NCBI GenBank assembly: GCA_035527975.1
Contig: DATKZM010000091.1
Span: forward strand, 9,942-73,941
Source: Alphaproteobacteria bacterium
Lineage (GTDB): Bacteria > Pseudomonadota > Alphaproteobacteria > JAPULJ01
Direction of reading: 5' to 3'
DNA: 64,000 nucleotides
The translations under genes and the position numbers were made by a program. A model generated the notes under the pieces. It did not search any database. It had not been told where the DNA came from and worked only from the letters and a program-made list of their open reading frames with translations. Shown in pieces: positions 17,194-26,881 of this stretch; the stretch's first letter is position 1, and each line of letters opens with the position of its first letter.

Positions 17194-18951
17194 CTACCCC
17201 TCCGCCTTCGCCGCCTCTTCGGCCAGCAGCTCCTTCTTCAGGATCTTGCCGATCGCCGATTTGGGCAGCTCGGTGCGGAACTCGACCATCTTGGGCATTT
17301 CGATCTTCGAGATCTTGTCCTGCAGGAAGGCGATGAGGTCGGCCTCGGTGAGCGACTGGCCCTCGGCGAGGGCCACATAGGCCTTCACGGTCTGGCCGCG
17401 ATATTCGTCGGGGATGCCGACGACCGCGCATTCGGCCACGGCCGGGTGCATGTAGATCGCCTCCTCGACATTGCGCGGATAAACGTTGTAGCCACCGGCC
17501 AGGATCATTTCCTTCAGGCGGTCGACGATGAAGGTGTAGCCATCCTTGTCCATATAGCCGATATCGCCGCTGCGGAAGCGCCCGTCGACGATCGAGTCCT
17601 TCGTCGCCTCGGGATTGTTCCAATAACCCGCCATCACCTGCGGGCCGGAAATGCAGATCTCGCCGTTCTCGCCGAGCGGCACCGGCTTGCCGCTTTCGAT
17701 CGAGATGATTTCGATCGTCGTGCCCGGTACCGGCAGGCCGATCGAGCTTTCCTTGTTGACCCCGGCGAAGGGGTTGGCGGTGGCGACCGGCGAGGTTTCC
17801 GACAGCCCGTAGCCCTCGACCAGCGTGCAGCCGGTCAGCCTCTCGAATTTCTGTTTGACCTCCAGCGGCAGCGCCGCGCCGCCCGACAGGCAGTAGGCGA
17901 GCGAGGAGAGATCATACTCGCCGAGTTTGGGATAATTGTTGATCGCGGTGAAGATCGTCGGCACGCCGGGCATGATCGTCGGCTTGGCGCGCTGGATCGT
18001 GCTTAGGAGCTGGTCGATCTCGAAGCGCGGCAGCAGGATCATGCACGAGCCCTTGTAGACCCCGTAGGTCATCACGATGGTCATCGCGAAGACGTGGAAG
18101 AGCGGCAGCACGCCGATCAGCCGCTCGGCTTTGCCCTCCTCGGACGGAAACCACATATCGCACTGCATGGCGTTGGCGTAGAGGTTGGCGTGGGTCAGCA
18201 TCGCGCCCTTGGGCACACCGGTGGTGCCGCCCGTATATTGCAGCACGGCGATGTCCTTCGCAGGATCGATGCGCGGCTCGTCGACCCGGCCGTCATTCTT
18301 GATCAGATCGTTGTAGCGGACGTGTTGGTCGTCGCGCGGAAACTTGGCGATCTCCTTGCCCTTGACCAGCGGGAACAGCAGGTTCTTCGGGAAAGGCAGG
18401 ATGTCCTGCATGCGGCAGATGATGACCTTCTTCAGCCGCGACTGCTTCAAGAGCGCCGGTATCTTGTCGTAGAGCACCTTGAGGTCGAGCGTAACCAGGT
18501 AGTCGGTCTCCGAATTGTCGATCTGGTAGAGCAGCTCGCGCTCGGCGTAGAGGGGGTTGTAGTTCACCACCGTGCCGCCGGCCTTGAGGATGGCGAAGAA
18601 GCCGATCACTCCATAAGGCGTGTTGGGCAGGAAGAGGCCGACCTTCACGCCGGCGTGCACGCCCATCGCCTGCAGCCCCTTGGCCATGCGGTCGACGTGG
18701 TCGCCGATATCGCCGTAGGTCATCGTCTTGCCAAGGAAGTCGACCGCGTCGTTCTTGGCAAAGCGCTCGACGGCATGATCCATCAGCGCATACAGGCGGC
18801 GCTCCGGGATCTCGGTATCCCATTTCAAACCCGGCGGATAGGATTTGACCCAGGGGTGCTTGACGGCGCCCGCGGGCTTGGCCGGCTTGGCTTTGGCAGG
18901 TTGTTTCTCGCCCGACGGCTCCGAACTCGTGGTGGCTTTCTCGCTCGCCAT
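17194..18951 (-). CDS. Long-chain fatty acid-CoA ligase (FadD-like)
   Basis: AMP-binding motif YTGGTTGVPKGAMLTH and a typical C-terminal domain. Start chosen at MASEKATT, preceded by GGAGGA. Alternatives lie at 18963 and 19041. Confidence 0.9.
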   Translation of the reverse strand: MASEKATTSSEPSGEKQPAKAKPAKPAGAVKHPWVKSYPPGLKWDTEIPERRLYALMDHAVERFAKNDAVDFLGKTMTYGDIGDHVDRMAKGLQAMGVHAGVKVGLFLPNTPYGVIGFFAILKAGGTVVNYNPLYAERELLYQIDNSETDYLVTLDLKVLYDKIPALLKQSRLKKVIICRMQDILPFPKNLLFPLVKGKEIAKFPRDDQHVRYNDLIKNDGRVDEPRIDPAKDIAVLQYTGGTTGVPKGAMLTHANLYANAMQCDMWFPSEEGKAERLIGVLPLFHVFAMTIVMTYGVYKGSCMILLPRFEIDQLLSTIQRAKPTIMPGVPTIFTAINNYPKLGEYDLSSLAYCLSGGAALPLEVKQKFERLTGCTLVEGYGLSETSPVATANPFAGVNKESSIGLPVPGTTIEIISIESGKPVPLGENGEICISGPQVMAGYWNNPEATKDSIVDGRFRSGDIGYMDKDGYTFIVDRLKEMILAGGYNVYPRNVEEAIYMHPAVAECAVVGIPDEYRGQTVKAYVALAEGQSLTEADLIAFLQDKISKIEMPKMVEFRTELPKSAIGKILKKELLAEEAAKAEG

Positions 18952-19086
18952 CGCTTCCTCCATGATCGATCGTGCGGCGTTTGCCGCGCGCACTGGCCGG
19001 TCCGCCGCTTTGCCGTAAGGCTCTGCCAGCCATGCGGTCAAGTCAAGCGGAGGTTGTGCGCAATCTTGCCGAAGGCGGCTCCGGGC

Positions 19087-19776
19087 TCACGCGCGGCGCA
19101 GCATCAGGACCTGGTCGTGGAGACGCGTCAGCGGCCGGTCGACAATACCGAGCTTGTCCAGATGCTCCACCGTGTTGTGGAGATACTCCGCGCACGGACC
19201 CAGGCCGCCTTCCGCCCGGGCGATGACCTCGACGACCTTGTTCTCCGACAGCAGTCCTGTGTAGCGGTCATGGGCATGATTGATCACGAAGGTCACCGCG
19301 CGGATAACGCCGCCGTCGGTGCGCACGGTGATCCAGCGCGGGGCGTAGGCGCCGCTCACCATCTCGCGCCGCCAGACGATGCCAAGCTCGGTTGCCGCCT
19401 CGCCGTCGGCGATGCGAAAGGCAACCCCGCGGCACGAGCCGCCACGATCGAGCGCAAGCGTCAGACCTGGATTTTCCGGCGTGCCGCGACCGGCATGGGT
19501 CCACAGACAAAAGCGCCGGTGAAAACCGTGGACGAGACCGACGCGGCGCTCGGCGTAATGGAAGGCCGGGTTCCACATCAGCGAGCCATAACCGAAGACC
19601 CAGGTCTCGCGGACGTCGCCGACGGCCAGGATCGCGCCCAGCGAGGCGTCGAGCTCGTCCTCGCTGAGCACGGGAAAGGGATAGCCGCTTTCGATGATCT
19701 GGCGCCGGACCTCGCCGGAAGCGATCTGCTCCCGGGTGAGTGTCCAGCGCTTATGCGGCCAGGGCGCGTTCGACAT
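19087..19776 (-). CDS. ChaC-family gamma-glutamylcyclotransferase
   Basis: Signature WVFGYGSLMWNP near the N-terminus. Length is about 230 aa. Start uncertain (19776 or 19809). Confidence 0.8.
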   Translation of the reverse strand: MSNAPWPHKRWTLTREQIASGEVRRQIIESGYPFPVLSEDELDASLGAILAVGDVRETWVFGYGSLMWNPAFHYAERRVGLVHGFHRRFCLWTHAGRGTPENPGLTLALDRGGSCRGVAFRIADGEAATELGIVWRREMVSGAYAPRWITVRTDGGVIRAVTFVINHAHDRYTGLLSENKVVEVIARAEGGLGPCAEYLHNTVEHLDKLGIVDRPLTRLHDQVLMLRRA

Positions 19777-20338
19777 AGTCCATCCGGTCGGAGCCGAAAA
19801 ACATTTCATCGCCGATGAACATGGTGGGCGCGCCGAAGGCGCCGCGCTTGGCGGCCTCCTCGGTGCCCGCGATCAGCGCATCTTTCACGGCCTGATCCTG
19901 GATACGCGCGGCAAACGCTGCCGGGTCGAGCCCTGCGCCCTTGAGCACTTTTCCGATCACCTCGACTTCGCCCATGTTCTCGCCATCGACCCACATCGCC
20001 TGCCACATCGCCGCGTCGTAGGCCTCGAAGTTGCCATCCTCCAGCGCCGCCATGGCGCCGCGCATCAAGGGTAGCGTGTTGATGATGAAGTAAGGGTTCA
20101 TGCGAAACGGCACGCCCAGATGCTTGGCCATACGCGCCATGTCGGTCAGCATATAGGCGCCCTTGGCCGGGATCGCGACCGGGGTCTGGTTGCCCGACGC
20201 CTTGAAGACGCCGCCCAGCAGCATCGGCTTGCGCACGACCGCAGCGCCCGTGCGCTCGGCGATCCCGGCGATCTGGACATTAGCGAGATAGCTGGTGGGA
20301 CTGCCGTAGTCGAAGAAGAACTCTAGGGTTTTAGACAT
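19751..20338 (-). CDS. DsbA-family 2-hydroxychromene-2-carboxylate isomerase-like protein
   Basis: Start at MSKTLEFFFDYGSPTSYL, the typical HCCA isomerase/DsbA-like N-terminus. About 195 aa. Confidence 0.8.
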   Translation of the reverse strand: MSKTLEFFFDYGSPTSYLANVQIAGIAERTGAAVVRKPMLLGGVFKASGNQTPVAIPAKGAYMLTDMARMAKHLGVPFRMNPYFIINTLPLMRGAMAALEDGNFEAYDAAMWQAMWVDGENMGEVEVIGKVLKGAGLDPAAFAARIQDQAVKDALIAGTEEAAKRGAFGAPTMFIGDEMFFGSDRMDYVERALAA

Positions 20339-20382
20339 TTTCGGATTTGCACCTGACTGCAACGGCCTCGTCCTTCCCCAAC

Positions 20383-21117
20383 CTACCACGGCTCAAGGAA
20401 GGGGCGCACGTCGAGTTCGTGGGTCCAGGCGCTGCGGGGCTGGCAATGCACACGCCAATAATTCTCAGCGATGTCCTCGGGAAGCAGTATCCCGTCGAGC
20501 GGCCGCGCGGCGATGAGGTCGGGAAAGCGCTCGCGGGTGAACGGCGTGTCGATCGGCCCGTCGATCACGACATGGGCGACATGGATGTTCTGCGGCCCGA
20601 GCTCGCGCGCCATCGACTGGGCGAGCGCCCGCTTGCCATGCATGCCGCCGGCGAAAGCCGAGAAGCCAGCGGCGCCGCGCACGCTCGCCGTAGCGCCGGT
20701 GAAAAGGATCGTGCCATGCCCGCGCGCGAGCATGCGTTTGGCGACCTCGCGGCCGATCAGGAAGGCCGATTTGCAGGCCAGCTCCCAGACCTTGTAGTAG
20801 ACCCGCGTCGTGGTCTCGGTGATCGGAAACTGCACGTTGGCGCCGATATTGTGGATCGCCACCTCGATCGGTCCGATATCGCGCTCGACGGTCTCGACGA
20901 GTTCGGCGACCTGATCCTCGCGGCGCGCGTCGGAGCCGAAAGGATGAACCTCGCCGCCATCCTTCTCGATCAGCGTCACGAGATCGGCGAGCTTCTCGGG
21001 ATTGCGGCGGGTGACGGCGAGCGCGTAGCCCTCGCGCGCGAAACGCCGCGAGATCGCGCCGCCCAGACTGTCGCCCGCGCCGACGACAAGCACGGTTTTT
21101 TTATCCACAGCGGCCAT
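20383..21117 (-). CDS. SDR family oxidoreductase
   Basis: Rossmann motif VVGAGDSLGGAI. Length of 244 aa fits a short-chain dehydrogenase. Confidence 0.85.
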   Translation of the reverse strand: MAAVDKKTVLVVGAGDSLGGAISRRFAREGYALAVTRRNPEKLADLVTLIEKDGGEVHPFGSDARREDQVAELVETVERDIGPIEVAIHNIGANVQFPITETTTRVYYKVWELACKSAFLIGREVAKRMLARGHGTILFTGATASVRGAAGFSAFAGGMHGKRALAQSMARELGPQNIHVAHVVIDGPIDTPFTRERFPDLIAARPLDGILLPEDIAENYWRVHCQPRSAWTHELDVRPFLEPW

Positions 21118-21210
21118 CGTGATCCTTTCGTCAGGCGCGGACCGGTCGGCACCAATTCATCCAGTCTACCGCGTGACATCGCGACGTACAAAGCGCGCTA
21201 CCGCGCGCGA

Positions 21211-21346
21211 CCCCTCACCCTAACCCTCTCCCTCAGGGGGAGAGGGAATTCGGTCACCGCTTTTGCAACAGGCATCGTCTCGCCCCTCGGGGGAGAGGGA
21301 GGGGCCCATCGCGTCAGCGATGGGAGGGTGAGGGGGAAGCCGAGCG
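21211..21346. repeat. Composite palindromic repeat, about 135 bp (copy 1 of 2 in the window)
   Basis: cccctcaccctaaccctctccctcagggggagaggg ... gggagagggaggggcccatcgcgtcagcgatgggagggtgaggggg. A highly similar copy is at 63823-63941. Confidence 0.9.
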
Positions 21347-21348
21347 CG

Positions 21349-23625
21349 TTACCGCTTCGCCGGCGCCAGTTTGGTCTTGTGCTTGAAATTCTTGCGCACT
21401 GTCTCGATGCGGAACGGCACCTTGACGTAACCACCGGTCAGCCAGAGCGGCACCTGATCGGTGAAGTTCGCCGAGTTGAACCAGCCGTCCTGGCCACCCA
21501 GAAGCGTGAACCAATTGGCGTCGGGATCGGAAAGGTCGGAGATGTGCCGCGCGTTCGAGCCGAAGCGCGCCGGGTGGCGCTCGTCGGTAGTGCTGTGCGC
21601 GGTCTTCCAGAGCGTATCGTTGGAGCCCTCGGCCGGGGCGTCGACGAAGCGGTATCGGCTGCCGATCACGGGCAAGCGCGCCAGCGGGTGGTTGACGACG
21701 AGACGGTGGAAGGCGCCCCAGTCCTTGTAGGTGTCGAACCTGGCCGCCGCCGTGGTGAGCGCGGATTTGAGATCGGCCGATAGCCCATTGGCGTCCGCGC
21801 GTTCGATATCCTGGACGAGCAGCGCCTTGTTGCGCGACTGGCCGCTAAGAACCCTGGCAACCTCCGGTTCGTAAAGCCGCTTGCGCAGCGCGCCCGCGAG
21901 ATAATGGTGCACGAGCTCGAATGCGACCGCCCCCCGCGAGCCGGTGCGATAGTGGCCGTCCCAGTCGCGGAATGCCTTCAGCAGCTTGACCTCGGCCGGG
22001 GCGAGCCCCTTGGAGAGGCCGAGCGCCTCGATCTTGGCCGCGACGAGATCGCGCAGCCGCACCGCGGAAATGAGATAGACGTCGCGCTGCACGCCCTTCA
22101 GCGCCGCGAGGTCGACCTTGCCCCGCCCCTTCATCAGCGCCGCCATGCGCAGCACGCGGTCGTCGGTGGAAAAGAAATAGCCGATCGGCACGCTCGCCGC
22201 GGCGGGCTTGTTGTTGGCCGAGGCAAGGAACCCGGCCTTGGGGTTGTAGCTCGACGGCAGATCGAGCGCGCCCAGATAGCCGTGCCACGTGTCGCGCGGA
22301 TTTGTCGGGTCGAGTACGATGTCGCGCGGCGTCTTGGCGCGACGCACCGGCAGGCGGATGGCCATAAGCTGGCCGATATTGCCGTCGACATCGGCGTAGA
22401 GCATGTTCTGGGCGGAGACCGCGAAGGTCTTGAAGGCGGCGCGGAATTGCTGCCAGTTTCCGGCGCGCTGAACCTTCAAAAAAGCGGTGATCTCGTCGCT
22501 GGCATCGTGGCCGACCCAGCGCAGCGCCAACGGACCCGACCCTCCGGCATCGATCAGCGGCGCGTCGGTGATGATGGGTCCAAGGGGCGTAGTCCGTACA
22601 ACGACCCGCTCGCTGCGCCACCAGCGCACGCGGATCGTTTCGCTGCGCTGAACGATCTCGCCCGGTTTGAACTTGGTAGCGTCGTAAAGATCGGAAGACG
22701 CGGCGCGCATGTTGGTGCCGCCCCAGGCGATGCGCTGGTTGCGGCCCAGCGCCACGAAGGGGATGCCCGGCACCATCAGCCCGACGGCGTGAACCGACGG
22801 CGACTTGATGCCGGCGATCAGCCACAGGTTTGGCAACATCAGGCCCAGATGCGGGTCGTTGGCCATCAACGCGGCGCCTGACTTGGTGCGCGAGCCGGCC
22901 ACGGCGAGCGAGTTGCTGCCCGAGCGGCTCATGCCGCGCAGGATCTCGTCGAGCGCAGCCTGTTTGCCGGCGGGCCGGAAGCTCGCCATCGAATCGCCGC
23001 CGGACTTGACGAGGCGCGCCCAAAGCTGCGGCCAGTCCTTGCGCTGGCGCAGCTTCAACGTGCTGAACCAGACCAGCCAGTTGACGTCGGTCGAGGCGAG
23101 CCGGCCGACCGTCAGCACGTCGCGCACGGTCCAGGGCTCGCGCTCCAGCCCGAGGATGCGGTATTCGGCCGGCAGCACTTTGGCCGTCTTCTGATAGTGG
23201 TTGATGCCGGCAACGAACGCCGTCACCCAGGCCTTGGTTTCGGCGGGCATGGCCTGCTCGCTGGCTTCGGCGGCGGCGGCGTAGTTGAGGATGCGCAGGC
23301 TGTGGTCGATCTCGGTGGTCAGCGGACCGGCCATTTCCGAAATGCGGCCGGCGGCGATGCGGCGCATCAGCTCCATCTGGCCGAGCCGCAGATGCGCGTG
23401 CACCAGACCCAGGGTGAAGGCGAGGTCGGCGTCGTTCTGCGCCTCGATGAAGGGGACCTGGTGCTTGTCCCAGTGAATGGTGACCGGCGCCCTGAGCGGC
23501 AGGCCCTCGGTCGGGAACATGGCGAGGCGCTGGCCGGTATCGGTTTTCTTCGGCAGCGGCGAGAGCACGGCGCAGCCGACGAGGAGCGAGCTGATCATGG
23601 TGAGAGCAAGGGCGCGCAGGGGCAT
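21349..23625 (-). CDS. Penicillin acylase family (Ntn hydrolase, S45) lipoprotein; possibly an acyl-homoserine-lactone or aryl-acetyl amide acylase
   Basis: Lipobox LLVGC after the start MPLRALALTMISS. A family-typical alpha subunit (HWDKHQVPFIEAQNDADLAFTLGLVHAHLRLGQME) and the putative beta-subunit nucleophile in GSNSLAVAG. Confidence 0.85.
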   Translation of the reverse strand: MPLRALALTMISSLLVGCAVLSPLPKKTDTGQRLAMFPTEGLPLRAPVTIHWDKHQVPFIEAQNDADLAFTLGLVHAHLRLGQMELMRRIAAGRISEMAGPLTTEIDHSLRILNYAAAAEASEQAMPAETKAWVTAFVAGINHYQKTAKVLPAEYRILGLEREPWTVRDVLTVGRLASTDVNWLVWFSTLKLRQRKDWPQLWARLVKSGGDSMASFRPAGKQAALDEILRGMSRSGSNSLAVAGSRTKSGAALMANDPHLGLMLPNLWLIAGIKSPSVHAVGLMVPGIPFVALGRNQRIAWGGTNMRAASSDLYDATKFKPGEIVQRSETIRVRWWRSERVVVRTTPLGPIITDAPLIDAGGSGPLALRWVGHDASDEITAFLKVQRAGNWQQFRAAFKTFAVSAQNMLYADVDGNIGQLMAIRLPVRRAKTPRDIVLDPTNPRDTWHGYLGALDLPSSYNPKAGFLASANNKPAAASVPIGYFFSTDDRVLRMAALMKGRGKVDLAALKGVQRDVYLISAVRLRDLVAAKIEALGLSKGLAPAEVKLLKAFRDWDGHYRTGSRGAVAFELVHHYLAGALRKRLYEPEVARVLSGQSRNKALLVQDIERADANGLSADLKSALTTAAARFDTYKDWGAFHRLVVNHPLARLPVIGSRYRFVDAPAEGSNDTLWKTAHSTTDERHPARFGSNARHISDLSDPDANWFTLLGGQDGWFNSANFTDQVPLWLTGGYVKVPFRIETVRKNFKHKTKLAPAKR

Positions 23626-23958
23626 GGAGCGATTTCTCAAAGGCCGGGATCGCTGGCAGGGCATGTCGCGTCCTCATACATAGGTCGGACAGCCAAGCGC
23701 TTCCACCATTACACCCATTACACTGCGCATGCGCCGGCGACGCGGATCATCCGGGGTACGGCGCATTGAACGGGCACGCGACCGCTGCCGCGCTGATGTC
23801 CGTATCGCCAGGATTCGTGCGTTTTTTACGATGATGGTGGTTTTGAACAAGGAGATTCTGTATGATTGGTCATAGCCTCTACGGACTGTAATATTCTTTG
23901 CAAACGCCCAGGGGGCGGGTCAATTTCGGCCCCGATCGGCACGCAGGGACGGAGCGCG

Positions 23959-24921
23959 ATGGCTGAGAGCACGATGCGACGAGCGGAGCAATCGGAAGCG
24001 CTGAAGCGCGCCACCATGGCCAAGATCGAGGCGGGCGAGCTGGTCGAGGATATCGACGAGATGTTCGCCGACTACCGTCAGGCGCTGGTGCAGACGCTGA
24101 CGATTGCCGCGCAGTCGGAGGTTACCGTGCTGACCTGGGCCTATACCGCCTATCCGACCTGCCCCGACATCGGCGCCAAGGTTGCCGTTTCGGCGACGAT
24201 CCAGGACGAGATCGGCCATGCCCACCAGCAGGGCATGCTGTTGGAGCGGTTCGGCGTCTCGATGCGGGAGAAGACATTCGACATCGCGCCGGAGACCATC
24301 AAGACGCTGATGATCATGCAGTTCGAGCTGAAGAACTATTTCGAGTTCGTGGTCTCGCAATGCTTCCTCGACCGCGCCGGGCGCATTACCACGCGCGACA
24401 TCGAGCTCAACTGCTCGTTCGCGCCCTACCGGCGGTCCTTGCGCAAGATCAATTTCGAGGAGAAGTTCCACGTCGGGCACGGCGAGCAATGGGTCAAGTT
24501 CTACGCCGAATATTCACCCGAGACCCGCGCGGCCGTGCAAAAGGCGCTCGACTGGATGTTCCCCCACGGCGTCACCTGGTTCGGTCTGCCCGACTGGAAG
24601 AAGACCCGCACCGGCCAGCTCGACTTCAAGGTGCGCGGCTGGTCGAACGACACGATGCGCGAGATGTGGCTGCAATCGGCCTGCAAATTCGCCGACGAGG
24701 TCGGCCTCGACGTGCCCGCCCAATTCGACGAGGAGCAAGGCAAATACGTGCTCGACTGCCCATTTCCGATGATGTGCGACGTCGAAAAGCGCGAATGGAT
24801 CTGGGAGCAGGCCGACTGGGACGACACGATCAACCAGCTGAAACATGACGGGCCGATGAACCCGTCGGCGCATGCCCGTCTGCAGACCGAAGTATGGGGA
24901 GACGGGCTGTGGACCGACTGA
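23959..24921 (+). CDS. PaaA-like diiron oxygenase subunit (1,2-phenylacetyl-CoA epoxidase subunit A family, divergent)
   Basis: Start at MAESTMRR, preceded by GGACGGAG. The carboxylate/His motifs IQDEIGHAHQ and NFEEKFHVGHG align with E. coli PaaA VQDEAGHGLY and CKEESFHQRQG. Confidence 0.8.
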   Translation: MAESTMRRAEQSEALKRATMAKIEAGELVEDIDEMFADYRQALVQTLTIAAQSEVTVLTWAYTAYPTCPDIGAKVAVSATIQDEIGHAHQQGMLLERFGVSMREKTFDIAPETIKTLMIMQFELKNYFEFVVSQCFLDRAGRITTRDIELNCSFAPYRRSLRKINFEEKFHVGHGEQWVKFYAEYSPETRAAVQKALDWMFPHGVTWFGLPDWKKTRTGQLDFKVRGWSNDTMREMWLQSACKFADEVGLDVPAQFDEEQGKYVLDCPFPMMCDVEKREWIWEQADWDDTINQLKHDGPMNPSAHARLQTEVWGDGLWTD

Positions 24922-25226
24922 AGGCGGCGGTCGCCGAGGCGCTGAAGACCGTCAAGGACCCGCACATGGATGTCGGCCTGCCCGAGATGGGCATGGTGCG
25001 CGGCGTTGAGGTGAGCGCGCAAGGCGCCGTGACCGTGGCGATCGTCTATCCCTGCATGGGCTGCCCGGCCTACGAGATGATCCAGTGGGACATCAAGCAG
25101 CGCGTCGGCGCGGTCGAGGGCGTCAGCGCCGTTACGGTCAAGATCGCCTGGGGCGAGAAATGGCGGAAGTCCGACATCGCCCCGGCCGCGCGCGAGCATG
25201 TGAAGGGTTACGGGTTTCAGATATGA
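24894..25226 (+). CDS. DUF59 (PaaD N-terminal-like / Fe-S assembly SufT-like) protein
   Basis: ALKTVKDPHMDVGLPEMGMVRGVEV...VAIVYPCMGCPAYEMI is typical DUF59. It overlaps the PaaA-like stop. The start could instead be the GTG at 24909. Confidence 0.75.
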   Translation: MGRRAVDRLKAAVAEALKTVKDPHMDVGLPEMGMVRGVEVSAQGAVTVAIVYPCMGCPAYEMIQWDIKQRVGAVEGVSAVTVKIAWGEKWRKSDIAPAAREHVKGYGFQI

Positions 25227-25462
25227 ACGAACGCGTCCTTGAACCCGATACCGAGCTCTACGAGGTCTTCGGGCGTCACCGCATCGACGGTAGGCTGGAG
25301 CATCTGGGCTCGCTGAGCGCGCCCAATCTCGACCTCGCCATGGCGCGGGCGCGGCTCATTTATTCCGAGCGCGAATGGATAGAGATGACCATGGCGCCCG
25401 CCGCGGCCTTCGAGCGCGTGATCGGGCGGCGCGACCCGGGCTCGGCCGTGGGCTTCGCCTGA
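25223..25462 (+). CDS. PaaB-like small subunit
   Basis: ATG at 25223 overlaps the preceding stop (ATGA). LYEVFGRHRIDGRLEHLGSLSAP...ARARLIYSERE matches the E. coli PaaB pattern LYEVF...H.GSL.A...AR..Y. Confidence 0.7.
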   Translation: MNERVLEPDTELYEVFGRHRIDGRLEHLGSLSAPNLDLAMARARLIYSEREWIEMTMAPAAAFERVIGRRDPGSAVGFA

Positions 25463-25674
25463 TGGCGCATGACAAGACGCAGAAACCCGAAGCTGAGGCG
25501 CCCAACGTAGACACGCCGGTCACGGTGTTCGGCGACCGCTACGATGCCAAGGTCGAGTGCCCGTGGTGCGGCTCGACCGACAGCCGCGTCGTCAATCCCT
25601 TTGGCGGCACGGTTTCGGAGATCGCCTTCACGTGCCAGAGCTGCGGCAACCCCTTTGGCTGGATGAAATGGTAG
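25462..25674 (+). CDS. Four-Cys zinc-ribbon protein (PaaD C-terminal zinc-ribbon-like)
   Basis: ATG at 25462 overlaps the PaaB-like stop (TGATG). 70 aa with CPWC...(24 aa)...CQSC. Confidence 0.6.
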   Translation: MAHDKTQKPEAEAPNVDTPVTVFGDRYDAKVECPWCGSTDSRVVNPFGGTVSEIAFTCQSCGNPFGWMKW

Positions 25675-25726
25675 CGCCCCAGCGCGCCCTGGGCGCGCGA
25701 AGCACGGATAACGAGGAAAGCCGGCG

Positions 25727-26572
25727 ATGGAGCTGACCCCCGAGGTGCGCCAGGCGCTGCGCGATGAGCTCGTCTGCATCGCCGACAGCAAGTGGGTGCT
25801 CGGCCACTGGTACATCATGGTGATGCGCAACGGCCGTGGCCTGCAGGACTTCACCTCGATGGCGGCGATGGCGCAGGACGTGCTCGGGCACACGCGGGCG
25901 CTCTTCAAGTTTCTGGAGGATGTGCTCGATGAGCCGGAAGGCAGGCTCGAATTCGGCCGCGGCAAGGATGCCCTGCACGCGATCAGCCTGCTCGACCACG
26001 CGCCCGAAAGCTGGGGCGACTTCGCCGGCACGGTTTTCATGGCCGAGGCGGCGATCGCCGAGCTCGCCGCGACCCTGCAAGACGGCGCCTTCGAGATTGC
26101 CGGCCCGCTGCTCGAACAGATCGCGACCGAGACCGGGTTCCACCTGCTCTGCGCCACCGGCTGGCTGAAGAGCTTCAGCGACCAGGACCGCGCGGGTCTC
26201 AAAGCCGCCTTGCCCAGCCGCCTGCCGCAGGCGGTTGCCTGGTTCGGCGCGCAAGATGCCGACACGAAAGATGTGCTGCTCGGCAGCGGTATCCGTGCGC
26301 GGCCGGTCGGCGAGGCGCGCCGGGCCTTCGTCGAAGGCGCGCTGCCCAAGCTGGCCGAGGATGCCGGGCTCGATGCCGCGGCGGTGATGCCGGGTGCGGC
26401 GCCCGGCCCAAGCTGGGATGCCCCGCGTCGGCGCGAGCGCGACCGGGTGTTCTCCGCCGAGATGTGGGAGTTCATGGTCCCGACCAACGAGGACGCCGTG
26501 CTGGCGCGGCGGCCGCTGGCGGTCAGCGTCGGCGACAATGTCGGCCCCGTCGCGGTGAAGGCGGGGCAGTAA
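25727..26572 (+). CDS. PaaC-like structural subunit
   Basis: 281 aa helical protein. ADSKWVLGHWYI...QDVLGHTRALFKFLED resembles the PaaC/PaaA ferritin-like fold without a full ligand set. Confidence 0.7.
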   Translation: MELTPEVRQALRDELVCIADSKWVLGHWYIMVMRNGRGLQDFTSMAAMAQDVLGHTRALFKFLEDVLDEPEGRLEFGRGKDALHAISLLDHAPESWGDFAGTVFMAEAAIAELAATLQDGAFEIAGPLLEQIATETGFHLLCATGWLKSFSDQDRAGLKAALPSRLPQAVAWFGAQDADTKDVLLGSGIRARPVGEARRAFVEGALPKLAEDAGLDAAAVMPGAAPGPSWDAPRRRERDRVFSAEMWEFMVPTNEDAVLARRPLAVSVGDNVGPVAVKAGQ

Positions 26573-26593
26573 AGGCGGGAGCCGACACCTGCC

Positions 26594-26881
26594 TCACAAT
26601 GCAGACGGCCAGCGGCGGGCAGCGTGATAGACCCGCAAGACCTCCACCGCATCATCCTTCAAACGATACGGCACGATGAATGGCGTTCCCGCAACAATGA
26701 GCTCGCGGGTGCCGTCGATCCGCCCGGGGCGGCCGATATTCGGCGTCGTCGGCAGATGCGTTTCGACCAGAGACAGAATGCGCTCGACGACGGCTCGCGC
26801 GGCCTGCGGGTCGTCGCGGGCTATGAAGTCGAACACGGCCTTCAGATCGTCCCGGGCTTCGGGCGCCCAGACCACGCGCAT
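26594..26881 (-). CDS. Type II toxin-antitoxin system toxin, ParE/RelE family
   Basis: 95 aa. MRVVWAPEARDDLKAVFDFIARDDPQAA...GRPGRIDGTRELIV...PYRL..DAVEVLRVYH is the classic ParE pattern. Its start abuts the antitoxin stop. Confidence 0.85.
   Translation of the reverse strand: MRVVWAPEARDDLKAVFDFIARDDPQAARAVVERILSLVETHLPTTPNIGRPGRIDGTRELIVAGTPFIVPYRLKDDAVEVLRVYHAARRWPSAL

Noticed and set aside
21845-23677. 610-aa alternative-frame ORF on the same strand as the acylase gene
   Set aside because: The out-of-frame translation is Arg/Pro/Gly-rich. The in-frame 771-aa product has a lipobox and penicillin-acylase family blocks.
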